Positions 18,621 through 29,761 of a stretch of DNA of 64,000 nucleotides are shown here, one piece after another. The stretch's first letter is position 1; the number at the start of each line of letters is the position of its first letter. The notes under the pieces are model-generated. The model saw only the letters and a program-made list of their open reading frames with translations, searched no databases and was not told where the DNA came from. Source of the stretch: Candidatus Velthaea sp. (GTDB lineage Bacteria; Vulcanimicrobiota; Vulcanimicrobiia; Vulcanimicrobiales; Vulcanimicrobiaceae); NCBI GenBank assembly GCA_965214935.1, contig CBDCCS010000001.1:64001-128000 (forward strand), read 5' to 3'. The position numbers were made by a program, and so were the translations under genes.

Positions 18621-19217
18621 CTACACTTGCAGTGCTTTGAGCGCAAGAACGGCGAGCATTGCGCCCAAGGTGACGAATGTCCGCGACTCGGCGCGGCCGA
18701 TGACGGACGGATCGTAAGACCCCAATCCGCCGGCTGCGGGTTCAAGCGCCGGAACGACGCGCGGTACTCGGCAAACATACTCATCGAACGCGGGTCCGAA
18801 CGTCGTTCGCAGATACGCTTCTTCGTACGGCACGATCACGGCGTACATGCCGAGCATCGAACCGAGTGCCACGGTCAGGATGCCGGCCCGCATTGCGGCG
18901 CCGTTGCCGCCGGTAAACGCCACGGCGAATCCGGCGGCCGTCACAAAGTTCCCGACGTAGAGCGGGTTGCGAACGTAGGCATACGGCCCGGCGGTGACGA
19001 GGGCAGGCGCTTCGACGGCGCTCGAACGCGTCGTGACACCGGAATAGCCGACGGCCCATGCGCGAATGGCTTCGCCCGCGAAGACCAGCGGCAGACCGGC
19101 CGCGATGGAAAAAGCGCTCGGTTTGCCGGCCACCACCAGTCCGACGGCCGGAAGCGCCAATAACGTGCCGCGCCGGCCGAAGATAAAAGCGTTGAGCCCG
19201 CCGGCAAGATCGCTCAT
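18621..19217 (-). CDS. Isoprenylcysteine carboxyl methyltransferase (ICMT/PEMT-like) membrane protein
   Basis: LVTAGPYAYVRNPLYVG and EEAYL..FG..FDEY...VPR motifs; the ATG at 19217 overlaps the upstream stop. Confidence 0.85.
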   Translation of the reverse strand: MSDLAGGLNAFIFGRRGTLLALPAVGLVVAGKPSAFSIAAGLPLVFAGEAIRAWAVGYSGVTTRSSAVEAPALVTAGPYAYVRNPLYVGNFVTAAGFAVAFTGGNGAAMRAGILTVALGSMLGMYAVIVPYEEAYLRTTFGPAFDEYVCRVPRVVPALEPAAGGLGSYDPSVIGRAESRTFVTLGAMLAVLALKALQV

Positions 19218-20203
19218 CGGGTCGCCGGGTTCGCCCGACCGGCGTGCGCGACCCGTCCGCACGCGTCGGCATACACGTCGCGCAAGGCGGCCGCAAGCGC
19301 TATCGTCGGCATCCAGCCGGTCGCGGCCCGCAAACGGCCAGCATCGCCGGACAGCCGCGGCAGATCGGCCGGACGCAATCGCGCCGGGTCGTCGCGAATC
19401 TCGACACCGACACGAGCGATCGTTACGAGCAGGCGCAATATCTCTTTCATCGCGACGGCGTGTCCGCTCGCGACGTTATAAATTCCAGGCGCGCCCTGCC
19501 CTTCAAGCAGCAGAACGTAGGCGGCCACGACATCGCGCACGTCGAGGAAGTCGCGCTCGGCTTCGAGGTTGCCCACATGCAGTAACGGATCGCCGCCGGC
19601 GGCGATCCGTGCCAGAGCTAAGGCAAACGACGCGACGGCAAACCGCCCGTCTTGGCCCGGCCCGATATGATTGAAGGCGCGCGTAACGACCACGTCTAGC
19701 CCGTACGTGGCTGCATGCGCAAGCCCGTACGCCTCGGCCGCTATCTTACTTGCCGCATACGGATTTGACGGCCGCAGCGATGTTGCTTCGACTAGCGGAT
19801 ACGCGGCCGGCGGCTGTGGACCGTATACATCGGCGCTGCCGGCAATCAGCACGCGCGGACTTGCCGCGCCGGCATCGCGCGCGATCTTGACGGCTTCGAG
19901 CAGCCGTAGCGTTCCGCCGGCGTTTATGTCGTGCGTGGCCCAGGGGTCGGCAATCGCTTGCGGGATGAACGCTTGGGCGGCAAGATGTGCGACGGCATCC
20001 GCATGCGCGATATCGACGATACCGCGGACGCTGAGCGCGTCGCGCAAGTCAAGCGGAAGTTCGCCGGGCAGCGCCGGCCGCGCGTGGTCGGGCGATCGCG
20101 GTCCGGCACCAACGGCCGCGATGACGGTATGCCCGCGCGCCTCAAGTGCCGCACATAAATGACGGCCGACGAAACCGTTCGCGCCCGTAACGAGAACCCG
20201 CAC
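19214..20203 (-). CDS. rmd: GDP-4-keto-6-deoxy-mannose reductase (Rmd-like SDR)
   Basis: TGANGFVG, HLAAQAF, YAASK, RAFNHIGPGQ, RDFLDVRDV; directly downstream of gmd. Confidence 0.75.
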   Translation of the reverse strand: MRVLVTGANGFVGRHLCAALEARGHTVIAAVGAGPRSPDHARPALPGELPLDLRDALSVRGIVDIAHADAVAHLAAQAFIPQAIADPWATHDINAGGTLRLLEAVKIARDAGAASPRVLIAGSADVYGPQPPAAYPLVEATSLRPSNPYAASKIAAEAYGLAHAATYGLDVVVTRAFNHIGPGQDGRFAVASFALALARIAAGGDPLLHVGNLEAERDFLDVRDVVAAYVLLLEGQGAPGIYNVASGHAVAMKEILRLLVTIARVGVEIRDDPARLRPADLPRLSGDAGRLRAATGWMPTIALAAALRDVYADACGRVAHAGRANPATR

Positions 20204-20218
20204 GTGCGCGCGGCGGGG

Positions 20219-21238
<1,020 letters not shown>

Positions 21239-21245
21239 TCAGGCA

Positions 21246-22793
21246 TTAATGTCGCTCATTGTCGGCACGCGGCACCGGCCGCCGCGCAGCGTCGCGCCAG
21301 CGGTTGTTCGCGAGTGCCGTCCATTGCGCGGACGTCGTCGCATCCCAATCAAAGAACGTCTCGCCGATCGCGCCCGCGGCCCGGGCGGCAACAACACTCG
21401 CAGCAACCTCGGCCGGCGGCGGCGCGCCATACCGGTTACCAAGATCCGCCGTTTGTCCGCCGATATCGATCGGTACGTTGCGCCCGGCCCGGCGTCGCAG
21501 TTCTTCGAACGAGCGGCCGAGTTCGACGCGCATGCCGTCGATCGACGTGCCCGCGCGACGCATGCGCCAATAGCACATCGGCTGCAGCACGTCGGCGCGC
21601 GCTGCAATCGCCGCATATGGAATTGCTGCCGAGGGTAGCCGCTCGAGATACGGATCTTCGACCGTTGCGATCAGTAAGACGCGCGGGCCGACCGCTGCGC
21701 GCAAGCGCGCAAGATACCGCGCGAGATCGGCGCTTGCCGCCGGGCCGGCGAAAAAATCGCTACCACGCTCCAAATCGACGGCAAGCCCGCTTACGTGATG
21801 TCCGGCCGTCGTGCGATACGCCGCGACGGCGACGCCGGCCGCGAGATCTTCGTAAGTGACCGCACGCGGCACCGTCCAGCCGATGACGGCAATCCCGTTG
21901 CGCGCCGCGCCGTCGATGAACCGGTCGATTGCGGGTTGCTGTGCCGGCGTGACCTCGTTGTATTCGCCGTACGACATGCGCAGTTCGACGGCCGCGATGC
22001 CGGCGGAACGTGCGCGGGCAAGCATGGCATCGACGTTCCATGCAGTTGCAGCATCGAATGAAAGCCACATTGCCGTGCCGCGTATGGTGTCGATCGACGA
22101 GCGCGGCAGCGCCGGCGGCATGTCGACGGCAATGACGATCGGATGCAGGTGCGGCCGCCGCACGAGATACGTATAATGCGCGCCCGGGAGCGCCGCGCTG
22201 TCGGTGAATGACGAGGCCGGAGCATACACGTCGATCGCGCTACGCGCGCGCCCGCCGCTGCGCTCGATACGAATCGCGCCGGCGGTTAGGCGCGGAAACC
22301 AGCCGATCGTGACGGCGTATGGTCCAAGTGCTCGCGCGCTCACGGGTGCGAGTCGCCAGGCGCGGGTATCGGTCGAGCGCTTCATTTGCCGCGGTAAACC
22401 CGCAATATCACTATCGACGACGATGGATACCGGACCGGCTTCGCGCAGCCGCACGATCGCAGCCGGATCGCCGAAGCGGACGCGCGGCTGCCACTGAACG
22501 CTAGCACCTCCGGCGCTGACATTCACATGTCCGCCGGACGGTAGATGCACGCGCTTACCGCCGGCATCGTAATATCGCATGCGCACGAGCAGCCGAGCTT
22601 CGCCGTCCGGCGAAACATCGAGCGGCACCATCTCGACACGGGCGCTCGTAGCGACCGCTGTCCGCGGCACGGCGGCTACGCGCGGCGGCGTCGCCGGCCG
22701 GCCGCAACTCGTCAACAGCGCGATCGAAAGCGTGATTCGAGCGTATGGAGTGAGTGCCGCTGGTAGCGCCGGCCGGCAGCGCACGCTAGTCAC
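21246..22793 (-). CDS. Hypothetical lipoprotein: Ig/Fn3-like domains plus glycoside-hydrolase-like TIM barrel
   Basis: Lipobox LLTSC; Fn3-like FTDSAALPGAHYTY; C-terminal GxxMW, VIGW, AVDLE and LQPMCYW pattern. Confidence 0.55.
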   Translation of the reverse strand: MTSVRCRPALPAALTPYARITLSIALLTSCGRPATPPRVAAVPRTAVATSARVEMVPLDVSPDGEARLLVRMRYYDAGGKRVHLPSGGHVNVSAGGASVQWQPRVRFGDPAAIVRLREAGPVSIVVDSDIAGLPRQMKRSTDTRAWRLAPVSARALGPYAVTIGWFPRLTAGAIRIERSGGRARSAIDVYAPASSFTDSAALPGAHYTYLVRRPHLHPIVIAVDMPPALPRSSIDTIRGTAMWLSFDAATAWNVDAMLARARSAGIAAVELRMSYGEYNEVTPAQQPAIDRFIDGAARNGIAVIGWTVPRAVTYEDLAAGVAVAAYRTTAGHHVSGLAVDLERGSDFFAGPAASADLARYLARLRAAVGPRVLLIATVEDPYLERLPSAAIPYAAIAARADVLQPMCYWRMRRAGTSIDGMRVELGRSFEELRRRAGRNVPIDIGGQTADLGNRYGAPPPAEVAASVVAARAAGAIGETFFDWDATTSAQWTALANNRWRDAARRPVPRADNERH

Positions 22794-24324
22794 CGATGAG
22801 ACGTGACAGGACGCGCGCTCGAAGCGCCGCTAAATCGTCGGGCGAACCGAGCCAATCGTCGACCGACCAGGCGAATGTTACGGCGCCATGATGCAACGTC
22901 GCAAGGTAACCGGCAAGGCCGCGCGCGTGATTGACCGTCCCGGTTTTCGCAAACGTTCGGCCTTGCGCCAGGGTCCCGCGAAAGCTCCCTTGTAACGTGC
23001 CGCGGACGCCCGCGATCGGCAAGTCGTCGAGCACGATGTCGCGATTTGGACCGTTCCAGTCGGCTTGCAGAAGAGCAACGAGCGCGCGCGGCGAGATCCG
23101 ATCGTACGCCGAAAGTCCGCTGCCGTCCGCCAGCGTTAGAAAGGCCGGATCGATACCGATCCGGATCAACCACGATCGCTCGGCAGCGAGCCCGTTCGCG
23201 GTCGTGCCGTGCTGGTCTGCGGCGCGCAAACCGATCTCGCGCAGCAACATTTCCGCGATGAGATTGTCGCTGGGCAACCACATATCGGCGAGCAGATCCG
23301 CAAGCGGTTCGCCGTCGTGCATCCAGACGCTACGCGCTTCGGGCGGTACGGCGATCGATTGGTACGCCGCGTCGCTCGATGATAAGCGTGGCAAACGCGG
23401 CGGCTCGACGCCTCGTGCAGCAAAGCGACGAATCAAATGGCACAAATATGCCGTGGGCTCGACGCGTGCGACGCCAAGCGTTTGGGTCTCGCCGCCGAGC
23501 GGCACCGAGCCGACGATCTCGAAGCAATCGTGCAGCGCCGACCGGACGACATCGAGCGTTACGGGCACATCGGCGGCTGCGGTCGTTGCCTGCCGCGCGC
23601 TGACGGCATCCGATCGATCGGTGCAGCGCCCCCAGATCGGCTCCGGTGCGCTGGTATCGATCGCCGGCAGCTCGGCGACGACCGGCGCAGCGCCGATGAA
23701 CTTGCCGGGCGAAACGCTGAGCTGCAAAGCGTTTTCGCTAACCGGAACAGGCGCAAGTTGCGGCGCATAGTCGTAGACGAAATCGTCCCACGACCAGCCC
23801 GGCGGATACGGATCGGCGTCGAACCCGTTTGCATCGATCGCCGTTGCGAACGGCGGGCGAAAACCCGCTGCGACGGCGGCACGAGTGAAAGCCGCAACGT
23901 CGGCGATTGCCAGCAACGGGTCGCCGCCGGCCTTAAGGTACAGTGTCTGGTTCGGCGAGCCGAGATATGCCTCGGTATGGAAACGAAAATTCGGCCCGAG
24001 CAACGCGAGGGCCGCGCTGCCGGTAACGAGCTTGAGGGTCGACGCGGGCACGAATGCGTCGTCGGACTTGCGCGCGTAAACCACCTGGCCGCTGCCTGTA
24101 TCGACCGCCAGCAACCCCGTATGCGCACCGCGCAAGGTCGATGCGCCGTCAAGCAGCGCATCGAGATCGCGCGCGAGCCGGGTTTTGCCGGCATCCGTCC
24201 ACGGCACGCCGCCGATCGTCGGCTTCGCGACATCGCTGCCGGCGGTCCGGTCGACCGCGCCGGCACCGATCGGAAGCATCAGGCCAAGAACGAAGGTCAA
24301 CCCACCCGCGACCGCGCCGTTCAA
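22786..24324 (-). CDS. dacB: D-Ala-D-Ala carboxypeptidase/endopeptidase (PBP4, peptidase S13)
   Basis: SxxK (PASTLK), GGDP, SDN, DGSGLS and KTGT motifs; signal peptide. Confidence 0.92.
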   Translation of the reverse strand: MNGAVAGGLTFVLGLMLPIGAGAVDRTAGSDVAKPTIGGVPWTDAGKTRLARDLDALLDGASTLRGAHTGLLAVDTGSGQVVYARKSDDAFVPASTLKLVTGSAALALLGPNFRFHTEAYLGSPNQTLYLKAGGDPLLAIADVAAFTRAAVAAGFRPPFATAIDANGFDADPYPPGWSWDDFVYDYAPQLAPVPVSENALQLSVSPGKFIGAAPVVAELPAIDTSAPEPIWGRCTDRSDAVSARQATTAAADVPVTLDVVRSALHDCFEIVGSVPLGGETQTLGVARVEPTAYLCHLIRRFAARGVEPPRLPRLSSSDAAYQSIAVPPEARSVWMHDGEPLADLLADMWLPSDNLIAEMLLREIGLRAADQHGTTANGLAAERSWLIRIGIDPAFLTLADGSGLSAYDRISPRALVALLQADWNGPNRDIVLDDLPIAGVRGTLQGSFRGTLAQGRTFAKTGTVNHARGLAGYLATLHHGAVTFAWSVDDWLGSPDDLAALRARVLSRLIGD

Positions 24325-25055
24325 ACCAGAACGCGACTCGCCATACTGCGCGCGATAAACGTTGCAACGTCGCTGGGCAACGTACCGCGTCCGAAACCCG
24401 CATCGTAGCCCAATTCGGCTGCAAGCAGGTTTGTCACGCGCGGTCCGCCGGCGATGAGAAGAACGGCATCGCGCAGATTTTCGGCTTCAAGCAGTTCGCC
24501 CAGCGCCGTGAAATTCGCGATATCGCTGCCCTTTTGCGTAACCACTTGCGAAACGAGCAGCGCATCGATCGAGCGGTCTTTGGTAAAGCGCACGAGCTCC
24601 TCGACGGAAATTTGCGCGCCTAAATTAAACACTTCGAGTTCGTGGTAGCGTTCGAGCCCGTAGTCGCCTTTGTAGCCCTTCATGTTCAGGATTGCATCGA
24701 TGCCGACGGTGTGCGCGTCGGTGCCGATACACGCGCCCGCCACGCGGACTTTCCGGCCAACCCGTAACCGGATCAATTCATCGACGCCGGCCATATCGAG
24801 CGCTTCACGTGTCGCACTCGGCGCCGCAATCGTCGAGACATCGATGCCGACCGGCGAACGTGCATAGACGACAAAAAATGAAAATCCGGATGCAATTTTG
24901 CGGCCCTCGACGACCGCAACGTCGGTAAACCCGATCTTGGCCACGAGCTGCCGCGCGCTCTCATCGGCCGCTTCGGTCCATTCGATCGGCAGCGTAAACG
25001 AAAGCTGCATTGCACCGTCGTCGAGCGTGTCGCCGTACGGCTTAACCACGTTCAC
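24321..25055 (-). CDS. kamE: Lysine 5,6-aminomutase beta subunit (cobalamin-binding)
   Basis: VKPYGDTLDDG..QLSFTLP, DAHTVG (DxHxxG), NMKG (PLP Lys), GYDAGFG. Confidence 0.92.
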   Translation of the reverse strand: MNVVKPYGDTLDDGAMQLSFTLPIEWTEAADESARQLVAKIGFTDVAVVEGRKIASGFSFFVVYARSPVGIDVSTIAAPSATREALDMAGVDELIRLRVGRKVRVAGACIGTDAHTVGIDAILNMKGYKGDYGLERYHELEVFNLGAQISVEELVRFTKDRSIDALLVSQVVTQKGSDIANFTALGELLEAENLRDAVLLIAGGPRVTNLLAAELGYDAGFGRGTLPSDVATFIARSMASRVLV

Positions 25056-26593
25056 GCCGGTACGGCCGGACGGAGAAGATCCTCGAAGGGATTCCAGTAA
25101 TCCGCGGCTTTCGCCATCACGCCCTCGAAGCCGCGTCCGCCGTCGGGCGGGCGCGAAACGTCCGCGAAGACTTTACCGGCAATCGATTCCATCAGACCGC
25201 GTTCCGCAACTTGGCCCAGCAATGCGACAGCCTCACCGAGCACGAACTGCGCGCGACGCTCGATGCGGCCGCCGGTTTTGAATTCGATCTCGTCCCCGAA
25301 ATGACGCGCGGTGCCCATGACATACTGCGCGTTGGATAGGGCGAGCGCGCGATCGCCCAAGAACGGCGTATGAATTGCCTCGGTGAGCATCCCGCATAAG
25401 TGAATCGTCTGACCGGTCATCACCGACGTGAGGTTGAACATCGCGTCGACCAAGTGACCTTTGAAGATATCGCCCGTCATGTGTTTCGTCGGCGGCATAT
25501 ATTTGAGCGGCGAGTCGGGAAAACATTGACGCGCCAGCTGAGCTTGTGCCAGTTGCAACAAGAAACCGTCTTCGAGATCCGGGTCGATCTCGTACGCATC
25601 ACCCAAGCCGATCTGCGCGTCCGCCATGCCGGCCCGATGTGCGAACGCCTCGTTGATAAATTGCGATGCAAGCACCGCAGGCGCTTGTTCGACCGCGTCG
25701 GCGGTCGTGAGGTAGTTATCTTCGCCGGTATTAATGATGATGCCGGACCGCGCGTTGAGCAGACGCGAAAAGTGCTGATCGACGAACGTGCGCTTCATAT
25801 TGATGTCGCGAAAGAGTATTCCGTACATCGAGTCGTTGAGCAGCATGTCGAGCCGTTCGAGCGCCGCGAGCGTTGCGATTTCGGGCATGCACAGCCCGCT
25901 CGCATAATTCGTGAGCATGACGTAGCGGCCGAGCCGCTCGGACACTTCGTCGAGCGCAGCGCGCATGATGCGAAAGTTTTCTTGCGTTGCGTACGTCCCG
26001 CCGAAGCCTTCGGTCGTTGCGCCGTACGGCACGTAGTCCAGCAACGATTGGGCAGTCGAGCGAATGACCGCAATAATTTGCGCCCCGGCTTCGGCTGCGG
26101 CGACGGCCGCCGTGCGGTCGGCGAAGATGTCGCCGCTGGCGACGATGACGTACAAGAACGGCGGCGGCGCTTGCGGCAGCCGGTGCAGCCAGGCGTCGCG
26201 CTCGCGGCGCCGTGCGTCGATGGCTTCGATGGCCCGCCGCGCGTACGGTGCGAGCGCAGCGCGAATCGCGGCGACCGGCGTTGCGGCCGGATCGGGCAGC
26301 GCTTCTCCGGCAACGAGCGCGTCGGCGATCTGCTGCGGCGTACGGCCGGTTTCCGCGACCGCTGCACCGATCGCGCGGGCAGCACCGCATGCCGGATCGG
26401 CGAGCGCGTCGACAATGCGATTGGCTAACGGGATCCCCTCGCGGTCGATGCCGTCGACACCGAGCAAACGGATCACCGAACGTTCGACGGCGACCGTCGT
26501 GTGACGTTCGATAAAATCGGAAATCGGATCGACGATCGCCGCCGCCAGCCGCCGCGCGTCGCTAACGGCGTCGCGATCGATACGCAACTGCAT
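25052..26593 (-). CDS. kamD: Lysine 5,6-aminomutase alpha subunit
   Basis: TTVAVER, IAVIRST.QSLLDYVPYG.T.EG.GGT.ATQENFR, NYASGLCMPE, INTGEDN and LKYMPPTK motifs. Confidence 0.93.
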   Translation of the reverse strand: MQLRIDRDAVSDARRLAAAIVDPISDFIERHTTVAVERSVIRLLGVDGIDREGIPLANRIVDALADPACGAARAIGAAVAETGRTPQQIADALVAGEALPDPAATPVAAIRAALAPYARRAIEAIDARRRERDAWLHRLPQAPPPFLYVIVASGDIFADRTAAVAAAEAGAQIIAVIRSTAQSLLDYVPYGATTEGFGGTYATQENFRIMRAALDEVSERLGRYVMLTNYASGLCMPEIATLAALERLDMLLNDSMYGILFRDINMKRTFVDQHFSRLLNARSGIIINTGEDNYLTTADAVEQAPAVLASQFINEAFAHRAGMADAQIGLGDAYEIDPDLEDGFLLQLAQAQLARQCFPDSPLKYMPPTKHMTGDIFKGHLVDAMFNLTSVMTGQTIHLCGMLTEAIHTPFLGDRALALSNAQYVMGTARHFGDEIEFKTGGRIERRAQFVLGEAVALLGQVAERGLMESIAGKVFADVSRPPDGGRGFEGVMAKAADYWNPFEDLLRPAVPA

Positions 26594-26599
26594 GGCGCT

Positions 26600-27481
26600 T
26601 TAACGGACGCTCAGACGCCGGCTCGCGCGGCCGGCCAGATACTCGTCGAGGCCGCATTCCCACGACGGCGCCGGGTCGATGCCCGCTGCCGCGAGCTTGG
26701 TCGACACCAGCGCGGAAAACAACGGCCGTTTCGCCTTTGCACCATAGTTGTCATAGGTGAGCGCTTCGATTTGCGTTGGCAGACCGGCACGTGCGAACGC
26801 CGCCGCGGCGAACTCATACCAGGTCGTTGCACCGGTATTCGTCACATGATGCGTGCCGAACGAACCGGCATCGATGGCGTCGCGCATGATGCGCGCGGCA
26901 TGCGGTGCATACGACGGCGAGAACGTCATGTTGCGCACGACGCGAACAGGCTCACCGCGTTCGGCTTGCTGTAGGACCCGTTCGATGAACGTATAGCCTT
27001 TATTGGACGTGCCCGACGCGCTGTAGACGCCGCTCAAGCGAAAGATGAAATGCTCGTTGCCGTGGCGCCGGGTCAACAATTCGCCCGCATGTTTCGATAT
27101 GCCGTAAGCGGTCAGCGGATTCGGTGCATCGTCTTCGCGATACGGCCGGTCGGTGCGCCCGTCGAACACATAGTCGGTGCTGACGGTCGCGAAGCGCACA
27201 CCCCGTTCGGCGCACAGCGCGGCCGCGCGATCGACGGCGAGCGCATTGACGGCGAAGGCGCGTTCGGGCAAACGTTCGCACTCGTCGACGTTATGAAACG
27301 CCGTGCAATTGATGAGCACCGCCGGCTGATGTTCGTCGACGTAGCGGGCCAGTGCGACACAATCTTCAACGTCGAGCTCGGCGTGTTTGGGTGTAAGCAG
27401 CGGCCGGCCCGCATACGCTGTAACGAGCGCGCCGCCGAGCTGACCGCTAGCGCCGAGGATGGCAATGCGATTGATCGACAC
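26600..27481 (-). CDS. rfbD: dTDP-4-dehydrorhamnose reductase family
   Basis: GASGQLG, STDYVFDG, YGISK, RP.FSAL motifs. Confidence 0.88.
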   Translation of the reverse strand: MSINRIAILGASGQLGGALVTAYAGRPLLTPKHAELDVEDCVALARYVDEHQPAVLINCTAFHNVDECERLPERAFAVNALAVDRAAALCAERGVRFATVSTDYVFDGRTDRPYREDDAPNPLTAYGISKHAGELLTRRHGNEHFIFRLSGVYSASGTSNKGYTFIERVLQQAERGEPVRVVRNMTFSPSYAPHAARIMRDAIDAGSFGTHHVTNTGATTWYEFAAAAFARAGLPTQIEALTYDNYGAKAKRPLFSALVSTKLAAAGIDPAPSWECGLDEYLAGRASRRLSVR

Positions 27482-27484
27482 GAG

Positions 27485-28516
27485 TCAATAAATGCTCGCG
27501 AAGCTGCGCTGAGATGCATGCACTTCTTCGAGCACCGTCATCCAGGCAATGTTATAGTGCCGCGGGTCGGCAAGCTGGGCGACGTTGTCGAGCGGTATTT
27601 TCTTGAGCATATCATCGATGGACTCGAGCACGGTGACGGCCGGCGTGAAACCCAGCCGTTGCGTCAGCTTGAGATTCGTCATGCGGTAATCGCGAACGAT
27701 CTTCGGCAGCGGCGCATCGACGAGTTCGACGCTGCGGCCGACGAGCGACAGCGATCCGGCGACAAGCATCGCGAGTTGCCGCACCTGATAGTTCTCTTGC
27801 ATCACGTTGAAAATCTCACCTCGAACGAGATCGGCCGGCGCAGTTAAGCACAGAACGTGCGCCGCGGCAACATCGCTTACCGCTACGAGCGGTCGCCATT
27901 GCCAGCCGCCACCATGCAGATAGAGCTTGCGCACCGTCACGGCGTCTTTGAGAAACGTATTGACGACCAAGTCGAAGCGCATGCGCGGGCTGTAGCCGTA
28001 AACGGTGCCTTGGCGTAGAATCGTCGGCGCGAAACGTGCATCGCTCAACGCCGTGAGCGCCTCCTCGGCGTACTTCTTGGAGAGCGAATAGGCACCGCGC
28101 GGCTCGACCGGACTTCGTTCGTCGAACATCCCGGGGCCGATTCCGTCGTAAATCGAGGCGGACGAGCCGAAAACAAAGCGCTCGATGCCGCAGCGTTTAC
28201 AGGCTTGTGCAAGCCGCTCGGTCGCGACGGCGTTCATCTGCCAATTCGCTTCGGGATTGTATTCCGCAGTCGGATCGTTCGAAAGTCCGGCCAAGTGGCT
28301 TACGCCGTCGATTCCTGCGAGCCAGGCGTCATCCCAGGCACGGACATCGCCGTGAATGTAGCTCAACGCGCCGGCGCTATCGTCGCGCAAGCGTTCGAGC
28401 GGCGCCGAACCGAAAAACAGCCGGTCGACGACACGGACGCGGTCGCCGCGGGCAAGCAGCTGGCGGCAAAGCTCCAGACCGATGTAGCCGCCGCCACCCG
28501 TGACCAAGACGTGCAT
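27485..28516 (-). CDS. NAD-dependent nucleotide-sugar epimerase/dehydratase (extended SDR)
   Basis: TGGGGYIG, HLAGLSNDP, YSLSK, SPRMRFDLVVN. Confidence 0.88.
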   Translation of the reverse strand: MHVLVTGGGGYIGLELCRQLLARGDRVRVVDRLFFGSAPLERLRDDSAGALSYIHGDVRAWDDAWLAGIDGVSHLAGLSNDPTAEYNPEANWQMNAVATERLAQACKRCGIERFVFGSSASIYDGIGPGMFDERSPVEPRGAYSLSKKYAEEALTALSDARFAPTILRQGTVYGYSPRMRFDLVVNTFLKDAVTVRKLYLHGGGWQWRPLVAVSDVAAAHVLCLTAPADLVRGEIFNVMQENYQVRQLAMLVAGSLSLVGRSVELVDAPLPKIVRDYRMTNLKLTQRLGFTPAVTVLESIDDMLKKIPLDNVAQLADPRHYNIAWMTVLEEVHASQRSFASIY

Positions 28517-28596
28517 CCCCGCGCATCTTCGCCCTTCCCCCCGGCCGGAACTTTTCGAGCGTTCGGCGGTATTTGTGATGTGATAATGAGGACGCG

Positions 28597-29241
28597 ATGA
28601 TCGCCATCGAAGCCACCGACGAAGCCCTTGTCGGCCGAGTATTAGCCGGAGACCGCGAAAGCTTCAGCGTGTTGGTCGACCGCTATAAACGCGGCATTGC
28701 AAATTTCATCGGCGCCGGCGTCCGATCGTCGGCGGACGTCGCCGATTTGACCCAGGAGACGTTTTTACGCGCTTACGCGCACCTCGGCACGTTCAATGCC
28801 AAACTCGGTAAATTTTCGACCTGGATCTTTCACATCGCGCGCAACGTCGTGCGGACGTTTCTGGGCAAATCGTTGCGCCGGCCGCCGACGACCGATTTGG
28901 GTGAAGATCGCACGCTGGAGTCGGCGTTGCCCGACGTGTCGGTCGAAGCCGATCCGGCAGGCGGCGTCCTGCGGGCTGAAGCGGAGGCGGAAGTGCGCTC
29001 CGCTTTGGCCGACTTGCCCGAACGCACGCGGACGGTGTTAGCCCTTCGGTATTACGACAACATGGATTATCAAACGATCGCCGTAACGATGGGGCTGTCG
29101 CTGGGAAACGTCAAGACGCTCATTCATCGCGGCAAATTGGCACTCGCGCACAAGCTCAAAGCGCGTGAAGAGATCGCCACGCAAGGCATGAGCCGCGAGC
29201 TCCGCGCGTTCGGGGGCTTCCATGAGCTGCAGTTCAGCTGA
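28597..29241 (+). CDS. ECF RNA polymerase sigma factor
   Basis: DLTQETFLRAY, FSTWIFHIARN, and region 4 (IA..MGLSLGNVKT.IHRG). Confidence 0.93.
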   Translation: MIAIEATDEALVGRVLAGDRESFSVLVDRYKRGIANFIGAGVRSSADVADLTQETFLRAYAHLGTFNAKLGKFSTWIFHIARNVVRTFLGKSLRRPPTTDLGEDRTLESALPDVSVEADPAGGVLRAEAEAEVRSALADLPERTRTVLALRYYDNMDYQTIAVTMGLSLGNVKTLIHRGKLALAHKLKAREEIATQGMSRELRAFGGFHELQFS

Positions 29242-29761
29242 GGAGTTCTTTGCCGGACTGCTCGACGGCAACTTATCCGGCGCATTGCGTGCCGATGTAC
29301 TCGCGCATGTCGAGCGATGTTCGACCTGTACCGGCGTGCTCGAAGAGTTGCGCGTCGTTGATGCGCTATTGATCGAACCGCGCCGGATCGATCTGGCAGC
29401 CGACTTTACGGCGGCAACGATGGCGCATGCCCGAACGCTGCCTGCGCCCGCGGCTCGCCGTACGCCCGTGCTTGCCTATCTCGTTTGTTACGTCGTCGGC
29501 GCCTGGCTTATTGCAGGTACGGCCCTCGTGTTTGCACCGCAAAGCGTGCATGGGTTCGTGCAGAGCGCATCGGGCAGCATTCGCGCTTTTGCCGAAACGG
29601 CCGGTGGTTTAAGCCGTGCCGCCGGTCGTGGCTTCGGACGCGATGCAAACGCTGCTGCCGTCGGGCTCATCGCTCTGCTGCTGCTCGATGGTTTACTCGT
29701 GCTCAGCTTCGTCGCAGCGTTGAAATATCTACAGCCGCGGGCGGAGCGGCTGCGTTTTTGA
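29222..29761 (+). CDS. Zinc-binding anti-sigma factor (zf-HC2) with TM helices
   Basis: Cx..HVERCSTC (HxxxCxxC), two TM segments, overlaps the sigma gene. Confidence 0.88.
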   Translation: MSCSSAEEFFAGLLDGNLSGALRADVLAHVERCSTCTGVLEELRVVDALLIEPRRIDLAADFTAATMAHARTLPAPAARRTPVLAYLVCYVVGAWLIAGTALVFAPQSVHGFVQSASGSIRAFAETAGGLSRAAGRGFGRDANAAAVGLIALLLLDGLLVLSFVAALKYLQPRAERLRF

